Positions 49,875-61,140 are shown, numbered from the stretch's first letter. The stretch is DNA of 64,000 bases from Candidatus Bathyarchaeota archaeon (GCA_030739585.1 JASLYX010000001.1:372452-436451); one strand, 5' to 3'. The notes: generated by a model not told the origin, from the sequence alone. Numbers and translations are program-made.

Positions 49875-50669
49875 TTACTTTCCCTTAAACTTGGGCTTCC
49901 GCCTTTCGAAGAAAGCTGAAATCCCCTCAATGATGTCCTCGGTCTCAGCCAGGGTCCCGAAGGAGGCAGCTTCCATCTTGAGGCCCTTTTCGAGCGAGAG
50001 CTGACTCCCTAAGTTCATCACTCGCTTCGCGACCTTCAAGGCAACTGGAGGCCCTGCAGCCAGTCTTTTCGCAAGGGCCTCTGCCTCCTCGTAGAGGTTG
50101 TCCAGAGGCACCACCTTGTGGACGAGACCAATCCTAAAAGCATTTTCCGCGGACATCCTGTCACCGAGGAATACCATCTCCTTCGCCCTCCCGAGCCCAA
50201 TCAACCTGCTAAGCCTTTGAGTTCCACCCCAACCCGGGATAATCCCCAAGTTCACTTCGGGGCTCCCCAACTGCGCTGACTCTGACACCACCCTAAAGTC
50301 ACAGGCTAGGACGATCTCGAGGGCCCCGCCAAGACAGAAGCCGTGAATGGCCGCAATGAACGGCTTGGGGGACGCCTCGATCCTGTCCATGAGTCTCTGC
50401 CCCCTTTCTGAGGTTGCAATAGCTCCCTCTGGGCTCAGATCCGAAAAGATGGTGAGATCTGCACCCGCGCTAAAGCCCCTGTCTCCATCACCCTTAAGGA
50501 TAATGCACCTTACCTCATCATCAGCGTCGACCTTTTCGACAGCTGCTGAGACCTCGTCAATCATCTCGAGGTTGAAGGCATTCATTCGTCCAGGACGATT
50601 TAGGGTGATCCAAAAGATCCTGTCCTTTTTCTCAGTTAGTATCGTATCGTAACGGGATTTCTTAGCCAT
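49875..50669 (-). CDS. Enoyl-CoA hydratase (crotonase family)
   Basis: ILKGDGDRGFSAGADL and GGALEI crotonase-fold motifs. Confidence 0.85.
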   Translation of the reverse strand: MAKKSRYDTILTEKKDRIFWITLNRPGRMNAFNLEMIDEVSAAVEKVDADDEVRCIILKGDGDRGFSAGADLTIFSDLSPEGAIATSERGQRLMDRIEASPKPFIAAIHGFCLGGALEIVLACDFRVVSESAQLGSPEVNLGIIPGWGGTQRLSRLIGLGRAKEMVFLGDRMSAENAFRIGLVHKVVPLDNLYEEAEALAKRLAAGPPVALKVAKRVMNLGSQLSLEKGLKMEAASFGTLAETEDIIEGISAFFERRKPKFKGK

Positions 50670-51840
50670 ATTCGTAGAACCCTTTCCCTGAGGCTTTGCC
50701 GGTCCAGCCCTTTGCCACGCAGTCTTTTAGAAACGGGCATGGTGCATAGACCTCCTTTTCGTATTTGGCGTACAGCTCCTTTAGTTTCCCTAGATGCCTG
50801 TCCAGCCCCTGCTTATCCGCTTGCTCGCAGGGACCCATTGGCCATCCTGTGCCCAGCTTCATCCCCACGTCGATGTCCTCGGGCCCCGCCACGTCCTCGT
50901 GAATGAGTCGGGCGGCTTCGTTTGTGGCCACTGCGTAGAGTCTCTGAACATCAAACTTCCCTGACAACTTAAACGGGATTCTGGGGCGCCCCACCTTCCA
51001 GTCGTAGAAGCCCTTCCCTGTCTTTTGGCCCAGGTTTCCCTCCTCAACAAGCTTTGCGAGCATGGGGCTTGACTTTGCGACGTCTCCATATGCCGTCTCC
51101 ATGATCTGCCCCACCTCGTACATCACGTCAAGGCCAATCATGTCCGCGAGCTCGAAGGCGCCCAAGGGAAAGCCTGCCTTGTATTTCACAGCTGCGTCTA
51201 CCTCCTCTATCGTTGCCTCGCCGTTCTCGACAACCCAGAACGCCTCGTTCATCACGGCCCCGATAACACGATTCACAATAAATCCACGAACGTCCTTCCG
51301 TACCACGACGGGGGTCTTCCCCAGTTTCTCCACCAGCTTGACGATCGCATCTGTGGTCTCATCGTCGGTTTCCTCTCCTCTCACTACTTCTACGAGGGCC
51401 ATTAGCATCGGGGGATTGAAAAAGTGCATTCCCACTACCTTCTCGGGCCTCCCCGTCTGCTCAGCCATTTCGGTGATGCTGAGGCTCGAGGTATTGCTTG
51501 CAAGGATCGCGTGCCCGGGAGCTGCTTCGTCCAGTTTCTTATATATGATCTTCTTTAGCTCCATCACCTCAGGGACAGCCTCAACAACAAGGTCGGCGTT
51601 TACAACGGCCTCCTCGAGGTTGGTATTGGTCTTGATCCTCTCGAGGGCTGCCTTTGCATCCTCCTCTCTAATGCGTCTCCTCTCAACAAATTTGCCAAGG
51701 CTCCAAGTGATGTTCTCCACTGCCTTCTTGAGGAGCTCTTCGTTGATGTCTACAATGGTGACCTCAACACCAGCGAGGGCTAGAAGCTCGGCTATGCCGT
51801 GACCCATGATACCGGCTCCGATTACCGTTGATTTCTTCAT
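50662..51840 (-). CDS. 3-hydroxyacyl-CoA dehydrogenase (NAD-binding plus duplicated C-terminal domain)
   Basis: VIGAGIMGHGIA Rossmann motif and 3HCDH C-terminal domains; overlaps the crotonase gene by 8 bp. Confidence 0.85.
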   Translation of the reverse strand: MKKSTVIGAGIMGHGIAELLALAGVEVTIVDINEELLKKAVENITWSLGKFVERRRIREEDAKAALERIKTNTNLEEAVVNADLVVEAVPEVMELKKIIYKKLDEAAPGHAILASNTSSLSITEMAEQTGRPEKVVGMHFFNPPMLMALVEVVRGEETDDETTDAIVKLVEKLGKTPVVVRKDVRGFIVNRVIGAVMNEAFWVVENGEATIEEVDAAVKYKAGFPLGAFELADMIGLDVMYEVGQIMETAYGDVAKSSPMLAKLVEEGNLGQKTGKGFYDWKVGRPRIPFKLSGKFDVQRLYAVATNEAARLIHEDVAGPEDIDVGMKLGTGWPMGPCEQADKQGLDRHLGKLKELYAKYEKEVYAPCPFLKDCVAKGWTGKASGKGFYEYG

Positions 51841-52214
51841 TTATCCTCACTGGATAATTACTGGAGCCGGTGAAAAGACTTTTGAAACGTCAGATGGGGG
51901 TGAACGTGTGCACCTGCCTTCCTATGCGAAAGAGACGAAGTCGATTTCCTTTAGGATAATCAAGGCGTCATAGCGGGCAGGTCTCGCCGCCTTGAAAGTG
52001 AGGCCGAAGAGGTTTATGTCCTTCTGAACACCGTACTTTCCCTAGCTAAAACGACTACTTTCCTCAAGATTGAAACTTGCATTCAGCGGATCCATGAACG
52101 ATACTAACTTTTCCGACGAAGGTTGCATGAGTTAGCCTGGGAGCACTCCAGATTAGTTCCCGGCGATTAATCTATATAGTAATTACATACAGATTTTACC
52201 TGTGAGCGTTTTAT

Positions 52215-53861
52215 ATGGATATTCCCAAGAATTGGCCTGACTATGTTCCCCATACCATTGATTACCCTGATATCCCGCTCTTCAGACTCCTCGACGACTC
52301 TGCTGAAAAGCATCCTGAGGCCACGGCGACTATCTACAAGGGCGGTCGGCTGACATATAGGGAGTTGAAGGAGCAGGTCGACAGGTTCGCGACAGCTCTC
52401 CAGAGACTTGGTGTAACAAGAGAGGACAAAATCGCCCTGTTCCTCCCTAACATCCCCCAGTTCGTGATAGCGTACTATGGCTCCCTTAAAGCTGGTGCCA
52501 TCGTTACGGCGATCAGCCCTCTTTACAAAGAGAGAGAGATAAAACACCAGATTCAAGATTCACAAGCAGAAACCTTAGTGGTTCTAGATCTACTCTACCC
52601 TATCCTAAAGAAAGTCAAATCAGAGACAGGGCTAAAGAGGATCATCGTGACAGGCGTTGGTGAATACCTCCCTTCCGTCAAGAGAATCTTGGGCTCTCTC
52701 CTTGGAAAGATTCCAACCCATAAAGTGGACCTAGAGGCTGGGATGTACCGTTTTCAAGACCTAATCAAGGAATACCCGCCAACCCCAGCTCCTGTAAAGG
52801 TAGACTCGAAGGAAGACCTTGCCTTACTCCAATACACAGGAGGCACAACAGGGCTCCCAAAAGGTGCTATGCTCACCCACTATAACCTAGTATCAAACGC
52901 CTTTATGTGTAATGCTTGGTCCAAAACGGAAGAGGGAAAAGAGGTCCAAGTCAACGTTCTTCCTCTCTACCATATCTATGGCATGTCGGTTACGATGAAT
53001 AATGCCATCGCATCCGCTAGCACAATGGTGTTGATCCCTCGCCCTGACTTAAAGGAGGTGCTCAGTTCCATCCAGAAATACAAGGCCACTTTATTCGGTG
53101 GCGTCCCAACCCTCTACGGAGCGCTCATAACCCATCCCAACATCTCAGACTATGACCTCTCCTCGATAAAGTTCTGTATTTCAGGTGCCTCTCCTCTCCC
53201 TCCCAAAGTCCAGAAAAAGTTCATGGAACTCACCGGCGGTGTTCTGGTTGAGGGATACGGACTTACTGAGGCTTCACCTGTTACTCATGGAAACCCCTTA
53301 GACCCCACATTGGAGACTGTGAAAATCGGCTCTGTCGGCCTTTCATGGCCAGACACCGAGGCGAGGATAATGAGCGAGGACAGTGATGTGGAGCTCCCTG
53401 TCGGCATGGTTGGAGAGATGGCAATAAGAGGTCCCCAAGTCATGAAGGGTTATTGGAATGACCCTGAAGGGACAGCTGCAGTCCTTAGAGATGGGTGGCT
53501 CTTTACCGGTGACTATGCTAAGCGAGATGAGGAGGGCTATTTTTACATTGTTGACCGGAAGAAGGATATGATAAAATACAAGGGATACAGCGTCTTTCCT
53601 CGGGAGGTCGAGGATGTTCTCTATGAGCATCCAGCGGTTAAGGTCGTAGCCATAGTGGGTATACCTGATGAAATAAGCGGTGAGATGCCGAAGGCTTTCA
53701 TAGTCCTCAAGGACGGTGCTGAGGCTACAGAAGAGGAATTGGTTGAATTCGTGAAGGAACGGGTAGCCTCTTATAAGAGGATCAGAGCAGTGGAATTCAG
53801 AGATAAACTTCCGATGACGCTGGTGGGTAAGGTTCTTAAAAAAGATCTGAGAGAAGCCTAA
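52215..53861 (+). CDS. Long-chain/medium-chain fatty-acid--CoA ligase (AMP-binding)
   Basis: YTGGTTGLPKGAMLTH AMP-binding motif, GYGLTE, and the C-terminal lysine region. Confidence 0.85.
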   Translation: MDIPKNWPDYVPHTIDYPDIPLFRLLDDSAEKHPEATATIYKGGRLTYRELKEQVDRFATALQRLGVTREDKIALFLPNIPQFVIAYYGSLKAGAIVTAISPLYKEREIKHQIQDSQAETLVVLDLLYPILKKVKSETGLKRIIVTGVGEYLPSVKRILGSLLGKIPTHKVDLEAGMYRFQDLIKEYPPTPAPVKVDSKEDLALLQYTGGTTGLPKGAMLTHYNLVSNAFMCNAWSKTEEGKEVQVNVLPLYHIYGMSVTMNNAIASASTMVLIPRPDLKEVLSSIQKYKATLFGGVPTLYGALITHPNISDYDLSSIKFCISGASPLPPKVQKKFMELTGGVLVEGYGLTEASPVTHGNPLDPTLETVKIGSVGLSWPDTEARIMSEDSDVELPVGMVGEMAIRGPQVMKGYWNDPEGTAAVLRDGWLFTGDYAKRDEEGYFYIVDRKKDMIKYKGYSVFPREVEDVLYEHPAVKVVAIVGIPDEISGEMPKAFIVLKDGAEATEEELVEFVKERVASYKRIRAVEFRDKLPMTLVGKVLKKDLREA

Positions 53862-54367
53862 ATATTTCTTGTAATCACTGTTCTCCTTTTTCCCTATTGA
53901 GGATTTGTATTAACTTTTTTTTGCTATACAAGCTGTATTTTTTTACTCATACCCTGCATAGAATGGATTGAAACCGTTAATCACACCGCTTCATCCATTA
54001 AGGACCCAATATAGCCCCTCCATCAAAGCCTTCCAGTACCCTGAATGGCCCAACCACTTGACCCCATACGCCTCAACCCTGTTCCTAGTGGATAATTGAC
54101 AGCTTCAGATTTCAACCTACATATATGGTAATCCACTGAAGAAGGTAAAACAAAAACATGCAAAACCATCTTCACTTGAAACTAAGGCAACGTTGTCGCT
54201 AATATGTAATCCAAACCAAACACCCACTCAAACACCAAGAACGTCCTTCCCTGGGAGCCCCATTTCTGTTGTTGCTGTCATCCTTCAACCCTATCTAGGC
54301 GGAGTATGGACCTTTTGAATTTGAAGCACATTAAACATTGGCTAACTCAAAGTAGTGTAATTAAAAT

Positions 54368-55237
54368 TTAATAGGTAGAAAAAATATCGCCTGTAAACCC
54401 CCATTGCTTTATGATGTTTTCTGCGTTTTTTATAATCTCATCAATAAACTCCTGAACTGTCACGATTTTGTTGATAACACCAACTGTCATCGAACCTACC
54501 CCCGAATCTTTTAACTGGTGATGATAGATTTTTGGATATAAATCAGGATCAAAAGAAGACTGCTCAACAAATTTTTGTTTGATCTTATCTGGAATCGGGC
54601 ATTCTTTTGTCGCCATAAATCCTGTCCCAATATATAATGCCTGAGCACCCATTGCTAAAGCTGACAGAAATCCCCGAGCATCTCCAATTCCTCCAGCTGC
54701 AACAAAGGGCACCCTTAGCATTCGATCTGCCATCACCATATTGATCATGGTCGTATTTTGGAGCGGGTTCTTGTATCCAGTTCCCTCAAGTCCAACAATG
54801 ATCACGGCGTCTGCACCATGCCTTTCTGCAGCCAGTGCATGTTTCATCGTTACGACTTTGTGGACCCACTTTAGCCCAGCTGCATGGATCCTATCACCAA
54901 TTTTTTTTGCCTTGTAAGCGGAGGTAAAAACAGTTCCTATCCCTTCATCGATGGCAACTTCTACCATCTCCTCGTAAAAATCCTCTGTTAATCGTGGTGG
55001 AATAATAGTAAAATTTACGCCGAAAGGTTTTTCAGTCATTGATTTTGCTTTTTGTATATCCTCTCTTAATTTTCTCGCATCTCTAAAGGCATGAGCAGTA
55101 ATGATCCCAAATCCTCCTGCTTCGGAGACTGGGGCTGCTATATCCGATTTTCCAAATCCGGCAAAAGCACCCTGTATGATTGGGTATGTGCATCCTAACA
55201 TTTCTGTTATCTTTGTTTTCCATATCATTTTCTTCAC
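54368..55237 (-). CDS. Nitronate monooxygenase / FabK-like enoyl reductase family (NMO, FMN TIM barrel)
   Basis: YPIIQGAFAGFG N-terminus and GIGDARGFLSALAMGA near the C-terminus. The gene is visibly AT-rich relative to its neighbours. Confidence 0.7.
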   Translation of the reverse strand: MKKMIWKTKITEMLGCTYPIIQGAFAGFGKSDIAAPVSEAGGFGIITAHAFRDARKLREDIQKAKSMTEKPFGVNFTIIPPRLTEDFYEEMVEVAIDEGIGTVFTSAYKAKKIGDRIHAAGLKWVHKVVTMKHALAAERHGADAVIIVGLEGTGYKNPLQNTTMINMVMADRMLRVPFVAAGGIGDARGFLSALAMGAQALYIGTGFMATKECPIPDKIKQKFVEQSSFDPDLYPKIYHHQLKDSGVGSMTVGVINKIVTVQEFIDEIIKNAENIIKQWGFTGDIFSTY

Positions 55238-55600
55238 AAGGGATCACTCATTTTTTTTTATATTTAAGTAGGGTACGTGGTTTAATCACTTGTTTTTTGG
55301 ACTCCTTCTTTTTCGCGCGTGATAATGGAAACAACTTTAACGGTGAATTAATACGCCCCATAGCCGTATGCATCTTGGAGAATCAATCTCGTTTCATTCA
55401 ATAGTCTGGACAGTTTTAATCAAATCATGGATATAAAAACAGCCAATGAACCTAGGGGGATAGCAGCATCAATAGGACCTTCGAGCAGGCTGCGAGTCTT
55501 GTACGCGTTCTTGACGGAGGGGATCACCACTCTTTGATACATGGAACCCTCACTACCCTAGTTTACACTCTCGCCTAAAAAAATACAGTATAGGACCACG

Positions 55601-56671
55601 TCAACAGAAGCACCAATATTCTCGGAGTTGTCTCTTGACGTCGCCAATAATTCTCTCGGCCTCCTTTAACACGACCTCAGAGCTCCTCGGACTAAAAGCC
55701 AATTCCACAATTGGGTTCTTCTCACCCATCACTCCAGTGAGGAGCGAGAGCCACCCTTCGGCGACTGTCTCTGGATTGTAGCCGCTGCAGCAGAGGTCGA
55801 CTACGCCGCAACCGGCCTCCTCAGCGACCTTAGACACGGCCATTCCTATGTCCCAGAGCCCTTGAAATGTCAGGTTAAGCCTCCCTAGACCGTCTGAAAA
55901 GTGGGGGTCTGTACCACCGTTCCTTATTATCACCTGGGGCTTGAACTCCTTTGCAAGGGGTTTGAAGACTTCCTCAAGGAACATGGCCATGCAGCGGTCA
56001 TCAGCACCTGGAGGGAGAGGCACATTTACCGTGAATCCAGCACCATCCGCTTCCCCAATCTGGTTGATGAAACCCGTTCCAGGAAAGATGGTAAGGGGAT
56101 TCTGGTGCACCGAGATGTATAGGAACCGGGGGTCTTCATAGAAAATATCCATGGTGCCGTTCCCCGCGTGGACATCGGAGTCGAGGATGAGCACCCTCTC
56201 TAGGCCGAGGCGCTCGACGAGGCTCTGAGCGCAAACAGCGACGTCGTTGAAGACACAGAATCCCCCCCCGTATTTCCGTCCGGCGTGGTGGAGCCCCCCG
56301 CCGACGCCCTCCCCTATCTTAGCGGCTCCCGTGGCGACTAGTTCCCCCGCCAGCACGGATGTCCCGACGATGAGTCGCGTTGCATCTACTATGGATGGGC
56401 TGAGGGGGGTATCACCTGACAGCGGGATGTATTTTTCACTTCGCCTCTCAACTTCCCTGATGTAGGATTCCGGATGGATCAATTTTAGGATCTCATCGCC
56501 AGCGGGTTCTGGCTCTATGACGGAGACCCTAGGATGGTTTAGTAAACCGTGAGCCTCAATCAGATCCATAAATTTCGGGAACCTATCGCCCCTGAAGGGA
56601 TGGCCTGGGCCAAAGTCGTATCTGGAAATCCCTTCATGGTAGACCAGGACAACCGGTTCCATAGCGTTCAA
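55601..56671 (-). CDS. Histone deacetylase-family protein (AcuC/acetoin-utilisation/acetylpolyamine amidohydrolase-like)
   Basis: HDAC signatures GFCVFNDVAV, DSDVHAGNGT, HHA... Confidence 0.75.
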   Translation of the reverse strand: MNAMEPVVLVYHEGISRYDFGPGHPFRGDRFPKFMDLIEAHGLLNHPRVSVIEPEPAGDEILKLIHPESYIREVERRSEKYIPLSGDTPLSPSIVDATRLIVGTSVLAGELVATGAAKIGEGVGGGLHHAGRKYGGGFCVFNDVAVCAQSLVERLGLERVLILDSDVHAGNGTMDIFYEDPRFLYISVHQNPLTIFPGTGFINQIGEADGAGFTVNVPLPPGADDRCMAMFLEEVFKPLAKEFKPQVIIRNGGTDPHFSDGLGRLNLTFQGLWDIGMAVSKVAEEAGCGVVDLCCSGYNPETVAEGWLSLLTGVMGEKNPIVELAFSPRSSEVVLKEAERIIGDVKRQLREYWCFC

Positions 56672-56832
56672 CCTGATACATGTTTACTACCGATCGGAAA
56701 AGATAAGGGGATATCCTCAATTGCTCTGATCGCACTTGATGCGAGCTTTAAATGATGATAGATTCCCTGCTCAGATACTTGTTTTATTAGTTAGAACGTA
56801 GCCACAATAAGTTTTAACGACTGGTCTAAAGA

Positions 56833-57681
56833 GTGGTAATATTACCATCCTATGTTTCTATATATCCTGAAGAAGAAATGAGTCTGAAAAGGAAATACAT
56901 CTACGTCTTAGCGATCTGCCTCTCGATCATAGTCGCCGGAGCAATTATCGCCTATAACCCGTTCCGAGAGAAGATGGATGAGACCATATTCAAGTTCCCA
57001 GCTGGGATACCGCCCTCTCTGGGAATTGGATATGCTACCTCCTTAGGTGATGCCGACGTCAATTCTATCCAAGTGTCTGGACAAGGGAGTGTCTCCGCTA
57101 AAGCAACCCAGGCTACACTTACACTTGGGGCATGGACAGATAATCCCGTCGCAGCTAAGGCGGTGGAGGAAAACGCTCTTCTTATGACCTCGGTAATAGA
57201 TGCCATCACAGGACTGGGCATAGCGGAAGACAAGGTCAAGACTGTAACCTACAGTGTAAACACCAACTATGACTGGGAAACCAGATCCGTCAAAGGCTAT
57301 CAAGTCACTAACATGATCCAAATTACTGTTGAGGATATTAACATGGTGGGGGAGGTCATTGATCTTACAGCTGCAGCCGGCGCCAATAATATCCAAGGAA
57401 TCAGTTTCGGAATCTCCGATCAAGAAGCCAAGGACTTAGCAAATAATGCCTACGTTTTGGCTCTCCAGAATGCACGGGAAAAAGCTGAACTAATCGCCAA
57501 CACTTTGGATCTAGAGATAACTGACGTCCTTTACGTAAGCGAGAGCTCTTTTGCTCCCTACTCCCCTTATAGGGGAAACGTAGAGATGGCAATGGACAGT
57601 AGATCCTCCGTGCCTACTCCCATCATCGAAGGGAGCTTGAGCGTCTCTGTCAACGTCCAGATTGCGTTCAGCATCCAGTAG
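56833..57681 (+). CDS. SIMPL/DUF541 domain protein (YggE-like), membrane-anchored
   Basis: N-terminal TM segment and SIMPL-domain repeats (...GYQVTNMIQITVEDINMVGEVIDLTAAAGANNIQGISFGISD...). Confidence 0.65.
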   Translation: MVILPSYVSIYPEEEMSLKRKYIYVLAICLSIIVAGAIIAYNPFREKMDETIFKFPAGIPPSLGIGYATSLGDADVNSIQVSGQGSVSAKATQATLTLGAWTDNPVAAKAVEENALLMTSVIDAITGLGIAEDKVKTVTYSVNTNYDWETRSVKGYQVTNMIQITVEDINMVGEVIDLTAAAGANNIQGISFGISDQEAKDLANNAYVLALQNAREKAELIANTLDLEITDVLYVSESSFAPYSPYRGNVEMAMDSRSSVPTPIIEGSLSVSVNVQIAFSIQ

Positions 57682-58054
57682 ATTGCGACATCAAACCATT
57701 TTTTTTATTTTTCAACATATTCCTAATCTGAACTAGGCGAATGAGATTTTACTAGATAGTTTTCACGATGATCAATGTCAATTCGCCTATGAGTATCTAC
57801 GGTGAGCCCATTCTAATGTCCGGTCCCTGTGCAACTCCATACTATAGGCGATAAGATCCCGATTACTATAATCGCGAGCGAGGCGTTCGGCATGTACCAC
57901 ATCCACGTTCCACCGACCGATGTTTTCATCAATGACCCCGTTTGCGATTAACCTTTTTTCAAATCTCGCTCAACATTTCCCGTCATCCTCTGTAATCTAT
58001 CTATCATTAATCCCCCTTCCAAAATTCCATGAAACTTTGCTCACCATTTTGAAA

Positions 58055-58630
58055 TCATTTCCTGAACAGTTTAATTCCCATCGAAATAGTCCACAAAGCC
58101 AAGACTATTGCCTCGACGATCTCCGGAATCGCAAGTCCCACATAGAAACTAGACAACCCAAAGATCCCCCCCAAAGCTAAAACACCCGATAAAACTGTGA
58201 AAACTCCATAATTCCCGTCGATTCTACGGAGAGAAAATCCTAGTAAAATCAAAGCTACTGGGAAAAGGACGAAGTAACCCATTGCGACAAGATTATGGAT
58301 CACTGGAGACTCCTCGGTGAATACCCCAACTAGCCCAAGTGACGCACCCCCTAAAAGAAGTATAATGATGCCAACTTTCGAAAATTTATCTTGACCAAAA
58401 ATACGTTTCACCCCCAGAGCAAAGAAGAAATTCAAAATGCCTGCAAAGATTACTGCGGAGTTAAAGAGATAGGATACTTCGCTCACTCCCAGATCGCTGA
58501 GGGAGTTATTCGTCCAAGAAAACCATTGTGCTTGATTGATGGCGAGAAATATCAGGAATAGAGCAGATATAGGTCCTATTATTCCACATAAACCCGAAAG
58601 TTTAGTGAACTTCATCTTAATAATAGACAT
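58055..58630 (-). CDS. Hypothetical polytopic membrane protein
   Basis: 191 aa, multiple hydrophobic helices; no motif recognised. Confidence 0.4.
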   Translation of the reverse strand: MSIIKMKFTKLSGLCGIIGPISALFLIFLAINQAQWFSWTNNSLSDLGVSEVSYLFNSAVIFAGILNFFFALGVKRIFGQDKFSKVGIIILLLGGASLGLVGVFTEESPVIHNLVAMGYFVLFPVALILLGFSLRRIDGNYGVFTVLSGVLALGGIFGLSSFYVGLAIPEIVEAIVLALWTISMGIKLFRK

Positions 58631-58865
58631 GAGGAAACTAGTAATATGATAAGAATGTAATAATTAATGCTTTGGGGATTGAGCGCGACCCACATCTTGG
58701 TATTTATTAATCAGAGCTCTCGTCTCCATAAGCTCTTTTCCAGCTTGTTCAATGGAACCCCTCATGTCCTCTATCCGTTCTTTCACTGAAAAGACAGTCC
58801 CTCAATTAGAAAAGTTCAATTAGATTATTGACATGAAACGATCCAGTTAACCCTTATCTACCTTA

Positions 58866-59384
58866 ATGCTAAAACTCAAGCATACAATGGCGCTAGATGG
58901 TAAACGTCCAAACCGATTATGGCGACTATTCTTTCGAATTCCACTTTACCTTTACAACCTGAGAATATTAGGATGGGAGCGAATAATTGGAGCCCAATTC
59001 ATCAAGATCACAACCAAAGGTAGGAGAACCGGAAAGTCTCACTCTGTGCTCGTTGATGTGCTAGAACATGATTTGGAGAAAGATGTCTACTATGTCTCCT
59101 CTGCGTATGGGGCTGGAGCTGATTGGGTAAAGAACATTAAGGTCAATCCTGTTTTCAACGTTCAAATAGGTAGACGACGGTTTAAAGCTAAATCTGAACA
59201 AGTATCAGGTCAAAATGGCAGTAAGTTGTTATTTAGGTACATTGATGAACATAGAGACTATATGAAAGGTCTCTACAAGATGATGGGTATCGATCTAGAC
59301 GTTCTCTCAACGGAAGAGCTTATGGAAGTGCTAACAAAAGAGATGGTTCTGGCAATTACTCCATCAATGAAAAGAGAGAAGTGA
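58866..59384 (+). CDS. Deazaflavin(F420)-dependent nitroreductase family protein (DUF385, PNPOx-like split barrel)
   Basis: KITTKGRRTGKSHSVLVDV...YYVSSAYGAGADWVKNIKVNP motif set typical of the DUF385 F420H2-dependent reductase family. Confidence 0.65.
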   Translation: MLKLKHTMALDGKRPNRLWRLFFRIPLYLYNLRILGWERIIGAQFIKITTKGRRTGKSHSVLVDVLEHDLEKDVYYVSSAYGAGADWVKNIKVNPVFNVQIGRRRFKAKSEQVSGQNGSKLLFRYIDEHRDYMKGLYKMMGIDLDVLSTEELMEVLTKEMVLAITPSMKREK

Positions 59385-59459
59385 TGGAAGCGCACTCATA
59401 ACCATTATAAGATTTCCCCGTGGGTTAGCTAGATAACGCGAAGAAAGACAGTTGGTTTT

Positions 59460-60755
59460 ATGGGGGAACATCTAGGGATCCAAAATCGTTTCAGCTTTAT
59501 GACCGGGAATATTGCAGTCCTCACTATGACCCAAGTCCTAGGCAGGTTCTTCAGGAGCATGGTGTTCCCATACGCCAGCCTGTATGTCCTTGCTCTAGGC
59601 GGGGGGTCCTCCCAGATCGGGATAATCAACTCCCTACGCCCTCTTGCCGGCCTAGTTATGTTCCCCCTGGCAGGTTACTTCACTGATAGGGCCGGGAGAA
59701 AGATTCTCATCGCCCTAGCAGGGTACCTTTCAGCTGCGACAATGATGCTTTACGTCTTCGCGCCAAGCTGGGAGTGGATTGCACTAGGCGCTTTCCTCCA
59801 GGGCTTCATGGTGTTCCAGTTCCCTCCCACCTCCGCGATAATTGCGGACTCTTTGGCCCCTGAGAATAGGGGGATCGGCGTCGCGACCATGACCACCATA
59901 GCCTCGGTCCTAGGGATGTTTAGCCCTTACATCGCGGCCCTCGTGCTCCAGATCTATGATACCGCTCCAGGGATGAGGATCCTTTATGCGCTCCTAGCTG
60001 GGGCTGGCGCCGCGGGGGCCACTATCAATCTCCGATTCCTCGATGAGACCGCCAGGGAAGTCGAAATGGGCCCTCGCTTGAGCGTCTCCCAGATCTTTAG
60101 GGATGTCTATGGAGGGATACCCTTGATGCTGCGACAGCTTCCCGCCCCCTTAAAGGCTCTGGGGGTAGTGATGGTCCTCGGGTTTATGGCCAACGGTGTC
60201 GCGTCAAGCTTTTGGGTGGTGTACGTTGTGGAGGAGATCGGACTTTCCACAGTGGATTGGGGGCTGATCCTTTTCATCGAGGGCGCCCTTAAGGTCGTCT
60301 TTTACATCCCCGCCGGCGTATTGGTGGACAAGTATGGTAGGGCCAGGTCCCTAATGGCTTCACTCCTTTTTTCTATTATATCTATTCCTATGTTCGTCTT
60401 CGCCCGAGGCTTTTACCAGGTGCTGGCGATCCGCCTCGCCGTTGGGGTTTCCAACGTACTTTTCATCCCCGCCTGTTCAGCACTCATGGCAGATTATGTT
60501 CCCCGAGACATCCGTGGGAGAGTGATGGCTGCCTTAGGGAGGGGCACGGTTATCGTTGGGGCTACAGGGGGAGGGACTGGGGGGCCAGGGGTGGGGTTCC
60601 TAATAACCATCCCCTTAATGGTCGCCTCAGTCGCAGGGGGGATACTCTACGCTGTGAACCCCATATATCCTTGGCTTTTCCTTGTCTTCACCATCCTGAT
60701 GTCCTTAGCCGTAACAGGGCTCTACATTCGTGACCCTAAAATCGCCGAGATCTGA
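59460..60755 (+). CDS. MFS transporter
   Basis: 431 aa, 12-TM-like; MFS loop motif GYFTDRAGRK between TM2 and TM3 and its repeat in the second half (VDKYGRAR). Confidence 0.7.
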   Translation: MGEHLGIQNRFSFMTGNIAVLTMTQVLGRFFRSMVFPYASLYVLALGGGSSQIGIINSLRPLAGLVMFPLAGYFTDRAGRKILIALAGYLSAATMMLYVFAPSWEWIALGAFLQGFMVFQFPPTSAIIADSLAPENRGIGVATMTTIASVLGMFSPYIAALVLQIYDTAPGMRILYALLAGAGAAGATINLRFLDETAREVEMGPRLSVSQIFRDVYGGIPLMLRQLPAPLKALGVVMVLGFMANGVASSFWVVYVVEEIGLSTVDWGLILFIEGALKVVFYIPAGVLVDKYGRARSLMASLLFSIISIPMFVFARGFYQVLAIRLAVGVSNVLFIPACSALMADYVPRDIRGRVMAALGRGTVIVGATGGGTGGPGVGFLITIPLMVASVAGGILYAVNPIYPWLFLVFTILMSLAVTGLYIRDPKIAEI

Positions 60756-61140
60756 CAAAGACCCGGCGCGCGCCTCTTACGAGAAAGATTGTAAAGGTCT
60801 TAAAAAAGATAATTTTTTCTTCTAAATGTTAGTGTACGCAGGGAGTTTTTGTTAAAATGCGGAGTTAGACCTTAGATTAAATACCCTGGCTTTAAGAGAT
60901 AAATCATGTGATGTATTTTTACACGTTATAGTGACAAATTACACCATCGCGCGCAATAGTTTTTTTTAGGAACTTTTTTCCATTATAAGCTCAAAGCTCG
61001 TACTTTGAGGGATCATAGACGCCTATATTAACGAGGTGCTCAATCTTGATGAAGTTAATGCTGGAGATGGTAGGGGAGCATTCATAAAAAGAGGGGGTAT
61101 TTGAAGTTTAACGACCGTTAAAATATCAGGTTTTACAAAA

